Shown here: positions 1 through 13,165 of the stretch, piece by piece | Layout of the letters: each line of letters starts with the position of its first letter | Position numbering within the stretch: position 1 is the first letter of the stretch | Assembly: GCF_009914755.1 (NCBI RefSeq) | Contig: NC_060926.1 | Strand: one strand, 5' to 3' | DNA: 64,000 nucleotides | Source of the DNA: the human T2T-CHM13v2.0 reference genome, Homo sapiens | Position numbers and translations under genes: made by a program | The notes under the pieces: model-generated | The model's input: the letters and a program-made list of their open reading frames with translations, nothing else | Told to the model about the DNA's origin: nothing | Databases searched by the model: none

Positions 1-46
1 CCTCTCAAAGTGCTGGGATTACAGGCATGAGCCACTATGCCCAGCC
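1..46 (-). mobile_element. Alu, 5' end (cut by window edge)
   Basis: caaagtgctgggattacaggcatgagccactatgcccagcc is the reverse complement of the Alu 5' end. Confidence 0.93.
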
Positions 47-164
47 ATAATTAATTAATTTATTAATATATATTCACCAAATCATTACTTAGGGCCTCAT
101 TTTTGCCAAGCACTGCACTAGGTCTGTAAATACAACAATGAAAAAAGCATGGTTATTTACTTAG

Positions 165-440
165 TTTTATTGTACATATTTGTGGGGTACATTGTGAAAT
201 TTTGATGTATGTATACATGTATCTCTATACACGTTGTGTAATAATTAAACCAAATAATTAACATATACATCACCTCGCCTAGTTATTTTTTTGCGATGAG
301 AACACTTGAAATATACAATACATTATTATTTACTATAGTTACCATGGTGTTCAATATATCACTAAAACTTTCTCCTTGTGTCTAACCAAAACTTTGTACT
401 CTTTGACCGACATCTCCCCTTTCCCCATCCCCAACTCCCT
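165..440 (-). mobile_element. L1MA-type LINE-1 3' UTR fragment
   Basis: tgtacatatttgtggggtac...aacatatacatcacctc...actatagttaccatg...ctttgaccgacatctcccc resembles antisense L1MA 3' end. Confidence 0.75.
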
Positions 441-1565
441 AAAAGAAAGGGATGAGGTTGCCTGAGATAGGGCATGAAGATAGGACTTTAGGAATAATAT
501 TGAAGGTAGGCTGACAACACTAGAGGCTGAATATTACTTCTTTCATTGTGTTTTGATAACGTGATCTCAGTTTTTCAGTGCTATATGTAACTGCTACATA
601 AGCATGAGCTGTGTTTATGCCTGATACCAGTATCAAATATTAATCATGATGGGAACCTTCACTATATGTCTTACATCACAGAATTCTGATATTGGTCCAG
701 AAACATATCAAAATAATGCCTCATTTTTATCATGTAAAAACATGTCATAAATTTAGCTAAACTCTTGAATTTCATTGAGATTTTTGGTGTATACATTGGT
801 AAAATTGGAAGAACAATAAAGTTTAATATGTAAACATAAACATAATGTTGAACTTGCATGAAATCAAAATTTGTTAAACTTAGCAAAAGCATCTTAGAAT
901 ACCTTTTGAAAACAGGATACAGAGAAAGAATGACTCATGGAGTTCATCTTAGAGTCATGGAAGTGGAATTTTTACCAAATAATTATTCAGAACCATTGCT
1001 ATAATAAAGTAGCAAAAGCTAAACTCAAGCCAAAGACATAGAAAATGGTATTATTGCTTATTATAAGTAAAATTTTTGGTAAATGGGACTTTTAAACTAA
1101 TTAATCATATTTAATATCTGGAATATAGCCAATGAAAATACTACCTTTTATAATTTTAATATACATAAATCAGAATGTTATAGATCTCAAGGGAAATTTA
1201 GAGTATTTACAAAAGCACAATTGTCCATAATAAAATGTGTACTTAAGATAGAATGGTATAAAACCAATCTACAAATGACCACAAAGTAACTTTTGCGTGC
1301 ATATATATATATATACACCAAATTTAGCAAATGCATCTGCCTAACTATAATTTATTTACAATATGTCAAGAATTGACTTGAGATCTGCAATATAAGGTAC
1401 CATAATAGCTCAGAGTAACATTTAACATTTATTACATTTTTACTGTACCAGTCAACTGGTTAGGCATGTTACATCACTTTATCCTTACAGCAACCTTAAG
1501 AGCTAGGTAAAAAACACTTTATAAAAGTAATTTAAATTAGGATTTTCAGAGGTTAAGAGGCTTGC

Positions 1566-1928
1566 TTTATTAGTCCATTCTCATGCTTCTATGAAGAAAT
1601 ACCCAAGACTGGGTAATTTATAAAGAAGAGAGGTTTAATTGACTCACAGTTATGTATGGCTGGGGAGGCCTCAGGAAACTTACAATCATGGCAGAAAGAA
1701 CCTCTTCACAGGGCAACAGGAGAGAGAATGAGTGCAAGCAGGGAAAATGCCAAAGGCTTATAAAACCATCAGATCTCCTGAGACTACTCAATATCATGAG
1801 CCCAGCGTGGAGGAAACCACTGCCATGATTCAATTACCTCTACCTGGTCCTGCCCTTGACACATAGGGATTATGAGGATTACAATTCAAGGTGAGATTTG
1901 GGTAGAGAAACAGAACCAAACCATATCA
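1566..1928 (-). mobile_element. THE1 (ERVL-MaLR) solo LTR, THE1C/D-like
   Basis: Reverse complement starts tgatatggtttgg and ends ...ggactaataaa; core gggtaatttataaag...aggtttaattgactcacagt; perfect 5-bp TSD cttgc at 1561-1565 and 1929-1933. Confidence 0.93.
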
Positions 1929-4900
1929 CTTGCTTAAAAATACTTAACTGGAAAATATAAGAGCCTTGACTGAAATTCACTTCTCTATGACTCCAATTCT
2001 CATTGTCCTTGACACTGAGAGTACAGACAGACATTGACTTCATTCATTTAAAATAAACACCAACAAAGAAGAAATAATTTTTACACAATAATGTATATAC
2101 ATTTTATTTTTATATATTTATAGATTCTCTAACATTATATACATGTTTACATGTATTCTTTAATTTTTCTGTAAGTTATTTGGCATTAATCTAGTTGTCT
2201 TGATGAAATTTTCACTTTCTTTTATTTGCCCCCAAATTCAAAATATAATGTTCATACTTTTTAAGAAAAATAATTTTCATCAAAGTGAAACTTTGAAAAC
2301 TGAAATTTGGGTTTATGTGCAATATTGCAAATATGTCTCGTCTTGTCAAAATAACATATGTTTCCTGACAATACAGAGAAGCAACATATTTTAATCATGT
2401 CAATATATTTCAATATATTAAAGATCTCCTATGTATCTATAATTCTCACATCCACGAATATTTATATTATCTGAAAGATAAGATATGAGTCCTGTTTCTT
2501 CTGTATTTACAACGGAAAATGTTTCCACTACAATTTCTTACATTGTGAATTTTTTTTAGAGATGTAAGCATGTAGAAAATGTGATGAAAACCGTGGAAGC
2601 AGTTGACTTCCTTATTGAAAAGAAGGCTTTTTATGTATAAAATGGATATCCCTCTATCATAAAACAGTTATTTTGTGGGTTCTTATTTCTTTGCTTACAT
2701 TCCTTTTTGTTAGATTGTTTTAATGATTCTTTATGCCCACATCTATTAATTGCTCACTTTCCAAGAAATATACATATACGCTCATAAGAATTTCAAGAAT
2801 AAGACTGGTGAAACCTAAAGATATTTTTACCTTGTTAGTACAAGCTTTGTTTGAGTTACATACATCCAAAAAATAATTTGAATACAAGTAAATGTTTTCC
2901 TTTAACACTAGACAAGTAAGACTCTCTCAATGTAAGATGCTAAAAATTACCTTGGAGTAATTTTGGAGGAAAAAGAAAGATAAAATTCTGGATATTAGAG
3001 CGCATAAATATAACTTAGACTTAAACATGAGATTAAGAACATTAAGAAAATTAAACACAAGGCATAGAGAAATTAGAGATCACTCAATCATATCTTTTGA
3101 CATCTGATGGGTTTTGCAAAATTAATATGTTACTTGGTACCAGTTAACCAGGCACAAATTTCCATCTCTCTAGCTCTACTTTTGCCCCAACCCTGAATTC
3201 TTCATGATTAAAGGCTCTGCTCTTCCTTTAACATTTATTGATAAGCAATCTACATTTTAGAGCAAATCTTTATATCACATAGCATAGGTGCAGAGAAAAG
3301 GTAAGAATCAAGTGAGGAGCTATAAAGCAACATTAAAAAAATGGCATTGTCTCTCTTTTCCAAAATGGATATTTGCAATCAATCTACTAGTTGACTATAA
3401 ATGGAACAATGTACTTTCTTCCTTTCTCCAAACTGGAGAAGAGACTTTTAGAAGAATCTGAGTAAACAGGAAAACTTAGTCTTATCTTACAAGTCAAGGA
3501 AGCAGTTATTAAGAACATATGGATAAGCATGAAATCAAATCTTATTCTCTGCAAAGGAGCAAAGTTTGAAAGTAGATGATTCCCTACTTAATAATGTGAA
3601 ACACTAATTCCATAGAAGACCTGTAGCCTGGCAAACCATGGGGCAATTAGGAGAATAGTCCCCTCATTCTTAGAAAGCTTGGATGGAACTGTGTCTCAGA
3701 ATTAATATCTGTTATTGTCCTGGAAGAAATAAATGTGTATGTTGGGGCAGAAAAATGTAAGTTTGTGTCTTATTTAAGTTATTAACTGAGAAACAGAGAG
3801 TCATATTTATATGACTGCAACTATTCCAATGAAGTAACAAAGAGCATAGACTTGGGAATGTTTTGCAGAAGAAAGATCATAGACCTGGGAATGTCTAGCC
3901 CTGGGAATGTCTAATGAACTGCTCTGTGGGCCACCCAGAATTTCTTGCTGGAACTCTGGATATATTTTGTTGCTTGGATATGTCAAATGTGGAAAAATAG
4001 ATTGCTGGGGATGAATTTGGGACCCATACAAACTACATAAGTAGTTAGGTTTTCTGAAAAGTTGGCTGGAGATTGTACATTCAAAGTTTAAGGAAGAAGA
4101 CAATTTTTACAGATAGGCAAAAACTCTTAATAGGGTATTAAATTTAGAAACTGAGGACATATAAGAGGATATATTTTTAGAAGACTACTATAGAAAGGGC
4201 TTATATCCTTAGGTGTTTTTCCTTTGGTCTATGTAAAAAATCTTACCTAGCATATAGTTCTAAATTTTATGCCCCATGTTCATTAATTACTGTAATGCTT
4301 ATTCAAGTTTTATGTCCTATGTAGATAAGAAGAGAGATTCATAAGAGAATAAAGACATAAAGAAATTAAAAGAACCATAGCATATTGACACCTTTACTAC
4401 CCTTTGTTCAACAGAAACATCATCCAAGTGATTGCGCCATGTCTAATACCTTCAGGTGTTCACTGTCACTGAAGTTAGTGTCAATCATGTTAGAGATGGG
4501 AAGACCTGAGAAAACTTATGACAGTGAGGTGGAGATAGACCGGGAAGAAATGTTAAAAATTCTTTTTCAAAATATACTACAGAACATGATAGGGCCTGTA
4601 AAAATGGCTTCATTCCCCTGAATCTTTTCTTTTTGTCATCTGTCAAAGAGGAATAAAAGGGGTATTTTGCTTTGCTCCTGGTTTTACAAATAATATGAAG
4701 TAACATATGAGAAAAACATTCTATAAATTAGGATAAGCCCTATAAATATAAGGCATAATTATAAAAATTAAATACAAAATCAGTGGCAGAGTTGCTTAAT
4801 CATAGTCCTAATAGAAGGCTCTTTGATGTTAAATGATTTACTGCTGGAACCACAGTGCCACCTAAAGACTTCATACCAAAACTATAGGATTAACAATAAT

Positions 4901-5720
4901 TGTTTTTGATTCTTTTTTTTTTCCTTCTTTGCTGTCTATATTGTGTCAACAAATGTGGATACTATATTGGCAATATTCCATCACAAAGTGTTCTGTAGTA
5001 GTTCCAGAATTGAATTCAGTTTATAATGTAAATCTCTCATCAAATAGTTAAGAGGTTTTTTTTAAAGACCTAAAAGCAAATGTGACCAGGAAACAGAACA
5101 TACATAGAATTTATTTAATGACTTTACATTACATTGCTTTCTAAATGTAATAAGAATAACATTTTCAGAAAACTTAAGCAATTACATCCTTACTAATTTA
5201 ATGCACATATTCTATACTAAGAAAAACATAGAAGAATATATTTAAACACATGCAGGAAAGAAAGGAAATAGAACAGACTGATTTAATGTATTAAGAAATG
5301 GCTTCAGGTCTTTCACTAATATTTACAAAGGACCAACACAGTTCATGTCCTCATAGGTAAGAAGTGATAAAGACAGATAATATAAAGATCAGTCTTACTA
5401 TAAACATAGATGATGTAAGATAATAAATGAAACACAGGTATTATGGCTAAACATAGAAAACCAACTAGAGAAGTACAATTACAAAAGTCACTTCTTGAAA
5501 TTCTGTTTAACTCCTTAAGTAAGTGTTTCTACTTTTGTCAGTCCCTTTAATGATACATTTTCATTTATGGTCCTACATGTCTTCAATAATTTTACCCTAT
5601 AAAAGCAGAAGCAACAGATATGCTATTAGGCTAAAGTCCACAGGTTAATAGACGTTCTTTTTAAAAATTATAATTAATCCTTCAAAAATCCAAGAAAAAA
5701 ATGGGTGCCTAGGCCTACCT

Positions 5721-5788
5721 TGTGTATGTATATGTGTGTGTTTGTGTGTGTATGTGTGTGTGTGTGTACATATATATATATATATATG
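5721..5788. repeat. Compound (TG)n/(TA)n microsatellite
   Basis: Near-continuous alternating purine-pyrimidine run seen directly. Confidence 0.95.
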
Positions 5789-6622
5789 CAAGCTTATAAG
5801 AAGCATAGGTTGTATATAAAGTTAGGTTTTAGGGATACAATCTTTATTTAATAATCAGTGTTCATTGTACTTTTCCTCTGTAAATGGATGATTATCTCCT
5901 TCCAGAAAGTCAAGGAGTTGGCTATGAGCACGCAATTTCTAAGGAAAGCTGATGTCCAGGGATTCGAATTCCAGCCATTTCTCTAATTCTTTCCAAATCA
6001 GACACATGACAAACTCAACTAATAGGCTTACGGTAAATTCTTTTTTATAAGTAAATAAATTGAAGACCCTACAAATTGATTATATCTTTGTCATAATGGA
6101 CAGATGTGCATGTGACCTGAATAATACTTGAGAAATTCTACAACCAAATGGAATTATATTCAGAAGTATCTAGTTTCATTTTTATCTCTCATAACCAAGA
6201 CATACAATTTACAAGTTACCTTCTGTATGAGAACATATTTCTACAAAACAATATTAAAGGAAGGTCTCTGCCCTATACTTCTATAATCAAGAGGAACAAT
6301 TACGAGAAAAAATAGTGGGTTTCTCTTTTTTGTGAAATTGGTTTTGTGAGATTGTGAAAAAAATTACTGTTTTTCCCAATGTTGTGGGACTGTGAAATAA
6401 ATTACTTAACTACAATTTAAAAGCCTACTTAGATGTTGATAATGCTTAAAAGTGAGAAAAGTAGCTATTTAGACAGGGTGTTTCTCCTAAATCAAAAAAT
6501 CCATCAACTACCATAAAATATAAAATAAAACACAAGACAGTCAATATTTTCAGTAAGATATGAGAATGTATTTTTTGTCACACAAGCTGAATCTGGGAGA
6601 GGACTATGATCTTTGTTCATAA

Positions 6623-7120
<498 letters not shown>

Positions 7121-8444
7121 TAAAATTAAAAGATTGTCTAGTGGCTAATATAGGTAAGCCATAGTTTAAAAACTTTTATGTAATTAAATATGTACTTATA
7201 GGTTACAACACATAATCTCTAGTTGAAATATTATTAAAGAATTTTTATTAGCATTTTACTTCAACGTTCTTGAAATGTTGGTAACACGGCAGTCCATTAT
7301 GACAATTATCGTGAGCAAATGCATGTGAATAGAGTTAGATAAAAGTAAAAGAGCATTATCAAGGGCAAAGTAAATAATAATTGAAAACTTAAGTCAACAT
7401 TTGGAGCTGACACTTAAGGCCTATCTGCCAAATATGACATTTTGGGGGGATTTTCAAAGCACATGGCTCTCAATTGTGTTCTGTGTTCTTCTCTGCCTTG
7501 TTTTAAAGAGCCTGCAGGATGCCCATTATCCATTCTGAGCTAACTTCTCTGAAGAGTGGGTATGGCCATTACCTACACTCCAGGTGACTCACACTTGGAC
7601 AGAATGACAGGCAAATGGCAACAAGTTTCTGAAAAGGTACCAAGAACTTCTTTAAATTAACCTACTGTGGTGTAACTGGTTCACTTTTTTAAAACTTGAA
7701 CAACAGCAATAACAACAAATGAAAATCTAATGAGGCACAGCTTGGAAGTACTCAAATAAGCATGTGGGAGAACCCCTTTTTCCTAAAGAAAACTCTAGGA
7801 ATTTTATAATCCTAAATTGATCAACAGAGACCTTTTATCTGAGAACATGATTCTCTCAGATTGCACGGCAGCAGGAGTCTAAGAAAATGCTGTACCTATA
7901 AAATTAGATAAAGCCCAACAGCTTGAATTTGGACTTAGTTTTAAAGCGTTTATAAATTTCTATTAAGATTCCTTCATTAGCCTTTAATACTCAATTTTCT
8001 CCTTCTCGTGACTATATTATTACCAGAGGTCCTAGCCGAGATGACAGCAAAATCTAATTAGAATGTAACACATTTGGTTGTCACTTTTTCTACCTGAAAC
8101 TAGTCACGCCTCCCTGAACAGACATGGGCTTAACCCTGAGGAGAGACTGAAAATTCATCACAGGCGAGTCACAGAGGTGTGACCAAGTTTAAGATGAAAA
8201 AATAATTATCAGATACAGCACTCTCAAATTCCTTGGCTTTAGAAATAATAAAATCTTGTTTGGCCAGAAATCCTGATGAATAGGATATTCTGACTAAATT
8301 GATTTTCTTCCTAAATTATGGTAAATTTATAGACTTTTTTATTTATTATTTTTTAAAAAGAAGGTAAACTGTATTATTAAGAATCATGTTTGACATAATG
8401 GTAACAATAATATATTCATGATTCTTGTCCTTTTGGAGTTACGG

Positions 8445-8447
<3 letters not shown>

Positions 8448-8483
<36 letters not shown>
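8448..8483. repeat. (AT)18 microsatellite
   Basis: Pure AT dinucleotide run. Confidence 0.97.
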
Positions 8484-8486
<3 letters not shown>

Positions 8487-11400
8487 AATATACATCTATA
8501 TAGATATGATGAACATAAATATACAGACTCTTTTTACAAAATTAGATATAAGTAAATTGGTTTAAAGGCAATATGTCAGTACTCCCTGAAGGTGACAAGT
8601 GACACATACTCAGGTAACAAGATGAGATGGCTGACCATTGGAGGTGGTCCTAGATGTATATTTCAGCATGTTAAAACATTTCTAAATGTAGTTGAAATTA
8701 CTCCTGAATAAGATGGAGAGCACACCAAATAAAACCACTTTCTTGTTGGCTGAAGACACAATAAATAAAGCATCATGAATGAAATTATAGAGTCCATTCC
8801 TTATTGAAAATGTTGTAACTTGGCAAAGAAAAATCCTCCAAAGAGAAATATCAAGGGAAACTCCTGATTCATTAAATATGTAAAGCATATCCTAAATATC
8901 AGAATAAATCTGTTCTCTATTTGCCTCTCCCTCCCCATCAAGCTTTAGCAGGAAATGTATTTCAAGTTTACAGATTTCAAATATTTCCAGTTTTACCAAT
9001 ATCCAGTTGAACATCAACTGCTTTCTGTAATTTTAGTAACTAATGATATGGAATGTTTTAAGTCTGCATTGTCATGATGCTTCCTGTAGAAGTTGGGATA
9101 ATGGCTTGTTAGGCAGCACAAAATGATCATAGGCTTCAGTTAGTTTTCAAAATGAATAAAAGTGTCCTGAGTGCCACTTTCATCAAGCAAGATAAACTAC
9201 AGTATATTTACTACCTTGATTCTGTTTCATAGAATAAGTTATTATTACATGTGTAAAGATGAAAAACACCACCAAAGATAGAGCAATATTAATTGAACTT
9301 GTGTATGATTTGAGAGTTGCTCTGAGGTGTGGGAGTTATGTGTTTCTTTAGAAAGAGTGCTTGATCTTCCTACAGATTCCTGTTGTGGATACATATCTAT
9401 AAAGCACTACCATTGTTCCTAACCTAAAATCATCTTATAAATTCTGTAGTTTTTGCACTTGTGAAATACCACAGAATATCCTCGGACACTGGGTTACAAA
9501 ATCTACTGGACTTGACAAAATGTATGAATTACATTTACAGAAATGATAGCTGTTGCTGCAATCTGCTTTAGTAGTATATGATGAATTTGTATCAACCATA
9601 AACCAGTAAGTTTTTTTTTTTAAAAAAGCCATCTGCTATTGTATTTTTAATTGTGATACTCAGACATGACCTTCATTTTTGGTATGGTAATTCTTTGATT
9701 GCTGTTACATATCAAAAGTCTGCAAAAAGTGTATGGGGTTTCTGTTTGTCCAATCTGGCTACTTCAGGAATTTAAGCAGGCTACTGGTGGTCTGTCTTAC
9801 AGTCTCCATGCCTAAAAGACTCAGGCCAAAGCAACAGAGAAGCTGAGGGTCTTAGAAATTGAATCCATTAGAACAGTTATTATATATTCCTCAATAAAAT
9901 ATGTTTAATTCAATAAAAATGAATAGTAAGCAATTTTTTTAAGATTTAGGGTTTTTGTCTATTTTTAACAAGAGGGTTCTACAGATCATTTAACTTTTAA
10001 ATTAAGCTGCTTAAGTAATGAATTCATTGGTTGCTTGTACTAATTTATAACGGCCTTACCTTTGTGTCAACTGCAAAAATGTTAATTTTAAAACAAAAAT
10101 TTTAGTAGAATCGACTATTTTAATTTTAGTGTGAAAGCATCCAGGTATTTCTCATAATGTCTATCTGCTCATCATTCATCCTACAAACCCAAAATGAAAA
10201 CAGATTGGAAACTAACAGTTTAATGCTGGAATTGCCCTTAAGTAGAAGTAGGTATTTTTGCTGAGAAATAAAGAGCCAAATAAACAAGTAGAGAGAGGCT
10301 ACTCTTTCCTGGAAATGTGGTGCCTGTCCAAAGCTGAAGACTTGTTATTTACTCTCTATTTTTCTCTGAATAAGTCAAACAACATCCCTTCCTTTATGAA
10401 AACCTCTCATTTTACACAAATTGCTACTTTCCAGAATGCATCTGGGTCACAGGGAAGATTCCAATTGTTTATGTCATCCTGGAATATAAAATCAATACTA
10501 AAATGAGTAGGTTGACTCAAATTGTTAAGCTACAGTTTCTTTAAAGTCATTGTGTGGGTTCTGGGATCAAGAGCAAAATTCATTTCGGTCCACCAGAACC
10601 ATAGAAAATGATATTTATAAGGTAATATTAATACATATGGACAAGAATTTTAGAGTATCAAGATGAATTCTAGCTGAGGAGCAAGGAAGTAGATTCTGTA
10701 GCTCTCAGAAATTGGTGACGATTTCCAGTGTTTAAATATTCAGTATAGGTTATAGTTCTTTGTAAATACTTTAACAGAAGAAATGCAAAGAGAACAAGAT
10801 GTGAATGTTGATGTGGAATATTCTAATATAAAATCATAACCTGATCTGGAATCTGAGTTACTGAAAGCAATCCAACAATGGCAAAGACACATCGGGGAGA
10901 ACAGAAAAATATTTTCATCTTTATAGAAAGAAACTGATATAAAGCAAGACACTATCTAACACCCAACTTATGGAGACTTTTGTGAGCCCTAATGACAGTT
11001 CAACCAATGTCAACAAAAAAAGAAAGAAATTTCTCAATACCTATAATATTTGACACAAAACACAGGGTAATTAATGCTTTGTATACTTTAAAATTTATTT
11101 TTTAAATATTAATTTTTAAATACTAAGTATATGCTGCGTTGTCTTTCACTTTTAAATAATTTTATTGGGTATTTATTTTGTCTTAATATCCCATTTTTTA
11201 AAAATTAAATATCTAAATCCAGCAGAGATATTTACACATTAAATATGTAATCATGTCACTATATATCAGTTCATACTATATTCATTTATGATTACATTAT
11301 ATTTGTTTTACAGAAAATTTCTGCAACTTATAATATCATAAAATATCAGGAAAAAATGACTTGTTTAGTGTTATGCTCACTTATCATAATCTAAACACGC

Positions 11401-12144
11401 TAAAATAACTTATAACATGAATATTTCCTAAAAATCTGGGAATTCTGACTTCTCATTTCCAAGTTCTGAAGATTGATATTTGTCAGAAATTTTGAAACAT
11501 TACATGAAGAGCAATTAGAATTCCATAACATAGAGGAACAGTGGAGATTTCTTTGTTTGATTTTCTTTCAATGTTTGGTAATTTATGTGTCTGAGACATT
11601 TTCTAATTTTAATTAAACCTACCCTCACAAAACAGACAACTAGCCTAAAAAAATCCCTTCAAAGAAATCACAAGACCAACATTCATAAGACATGACTCAA
11701 GCAAACAGCAAGGAGTAGAGGAAATAAGAGAGACACCACCATATAAGGCCCTTTGTCAGCCATGTTACTTTGTGGTCTTCCAGTGAGTGAGAGAAGGAGG
11801 ATAAATAAAAACTGAAAGAAAGACAAATCAATCAGTAAATAAATAAAATATAACTGATAAGGGCTAAGTTGAAATACAAACTGTGAAATGTAGCAAATGT
11901 GCAGTTGGCAGATTTACCAATCCAGGCAATGGCATAGCTGGTCCTGGGATGGTCTCACCCAAATGGTGAGCCTGGCCCTGAGAGGGACAGCAGAGCATCT
12001 GTGCTTTTAGGAGAAAAGAAAGTAGTTGAACGGGTCATAACCAGTTTATTTTTCCCAAATTGACTCATCAGATAAATCAATCCTCCTCTAATCTCCAGGG
12101 ATGAAACAAAAGAAAGGGTAAAAAGAGGTGAGAGTTGTAATAGA

Positions 12145-12855
12145 GAATTCCTTCATTCTAAACAGCCTCTTTTTTTTCACATTTTAATGTCTCTGAGATC
12201 TAATAGTGCCTCTAATAATCAATGATGTTTTAAGATTGCTGCTGGACAAGCATCAGGAATGATAGTTGTCAATGCTTTGTCATGGTTAACTTGGTTGTTA
12301 TTTTGAACAGAATAACTGCATGATTACAACTCTTCAAGTACCATTTAAAAAGAGAATATAAATCCTGTTTGTGTCTGAAATGTTGTGTTGACACCACCTG
12401 GAGAAATTAAGGAAATGCCAGCACTAACATTTGCACAATCAATGTAAGTGGTACGGAAGAAATCCCAGGGATATGGACCACTCTGAAGAAAAGTGGCATT
12501 GGTAATGTCTTTGACGGCTGCAAGAGAAATATGGCTGAAAACAAGTAGACATTGATGATACTAACCCAAAACATTCACGAGTCAAACCCCGTATGGTAAG
12601 AAGTTTTGAAATGTCTTGTCCAATTTATTTAACTTATTTCTTCCTTTTTATGTATGCAAAAGATGCAAAACACTTATACATGATTAAAAATCTGCATCTT
12701 ATTAGGTGTAGAAGAGTTCCTTCAGTAAGTATAAAGTATAAATTCCAAGTTGTAAAATATGTTGTCATTGTTTAATTGGCAACATCTTTTTTTAAGTGGT
12801 TGATAAAATTATGATCTATCTTATAAACAATGACATCTTCAATTCAATAAAATAA
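12145..12855 (+). mobile_element. Kanga/MER104-type TcMar-Tc2 (pogo-like) DNA transposon, internally deleted fossil
   Basis: 5' end ttcattcta...tttttcacattttaatgtctctgagatc resembles the MER104/Kanga left end. Internal degenerate peptides LVVILNRITA*LQLFKYHLKREY, LTPPGEIKE and KKSGIGNVFDG resemble pogo/POGK-type DDE C-terminal motifs. Right end catcttcaattcaataaaata is TIR-like. Confidence 0.65.
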
Positions 12856-12856
12856 A

Positions 12857-13165
12857 AGCTGACCATGGTGGCTCATGCCTGTAACCCCAGCATTTTGGGA
12901 GGTAGAGGAAGGTGGATTGTTTGAGCTCAGGAGTTCAAGACCAGCCTGGGCAACATGGCAAAACCTTGTCTCTATAACAAAATACAAAAATTAGCTGGGT
13001 GTGATGGTAAATGCCTGTAGTCCCAGCCACTCAGGAGGCTGATGTGGGAGGATCAGATGAGCCCAGGAGGTCAAGGCTGCAGCGAGCCAAGATTGTGTCA
13101 CTGCACTCCAGCCTGGGTGACAGAGTGAGACCCTGTCTCAAAAAATAATAAATAAATAAATAAAA
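12857..13165 (+). mobile_element. AluJ, full length
   Basis: J-type features (tttgagctcaggagttc, gggaggatc...gagcccaggagg, aggctgcag), (TAAA)n tail. Confidence 0.93.

Noticed and set aside
5895-6037. Plus-strand exon-like segment (ccttccag ... acg|gtaaat)
   Set aside because: Stops in all three frames and a moderate donor; no further support
10540-11000. Possible ancient DNA-transposon or coding remnant
   Set aside because: No motif I can assign to a family; needs a Dfam search
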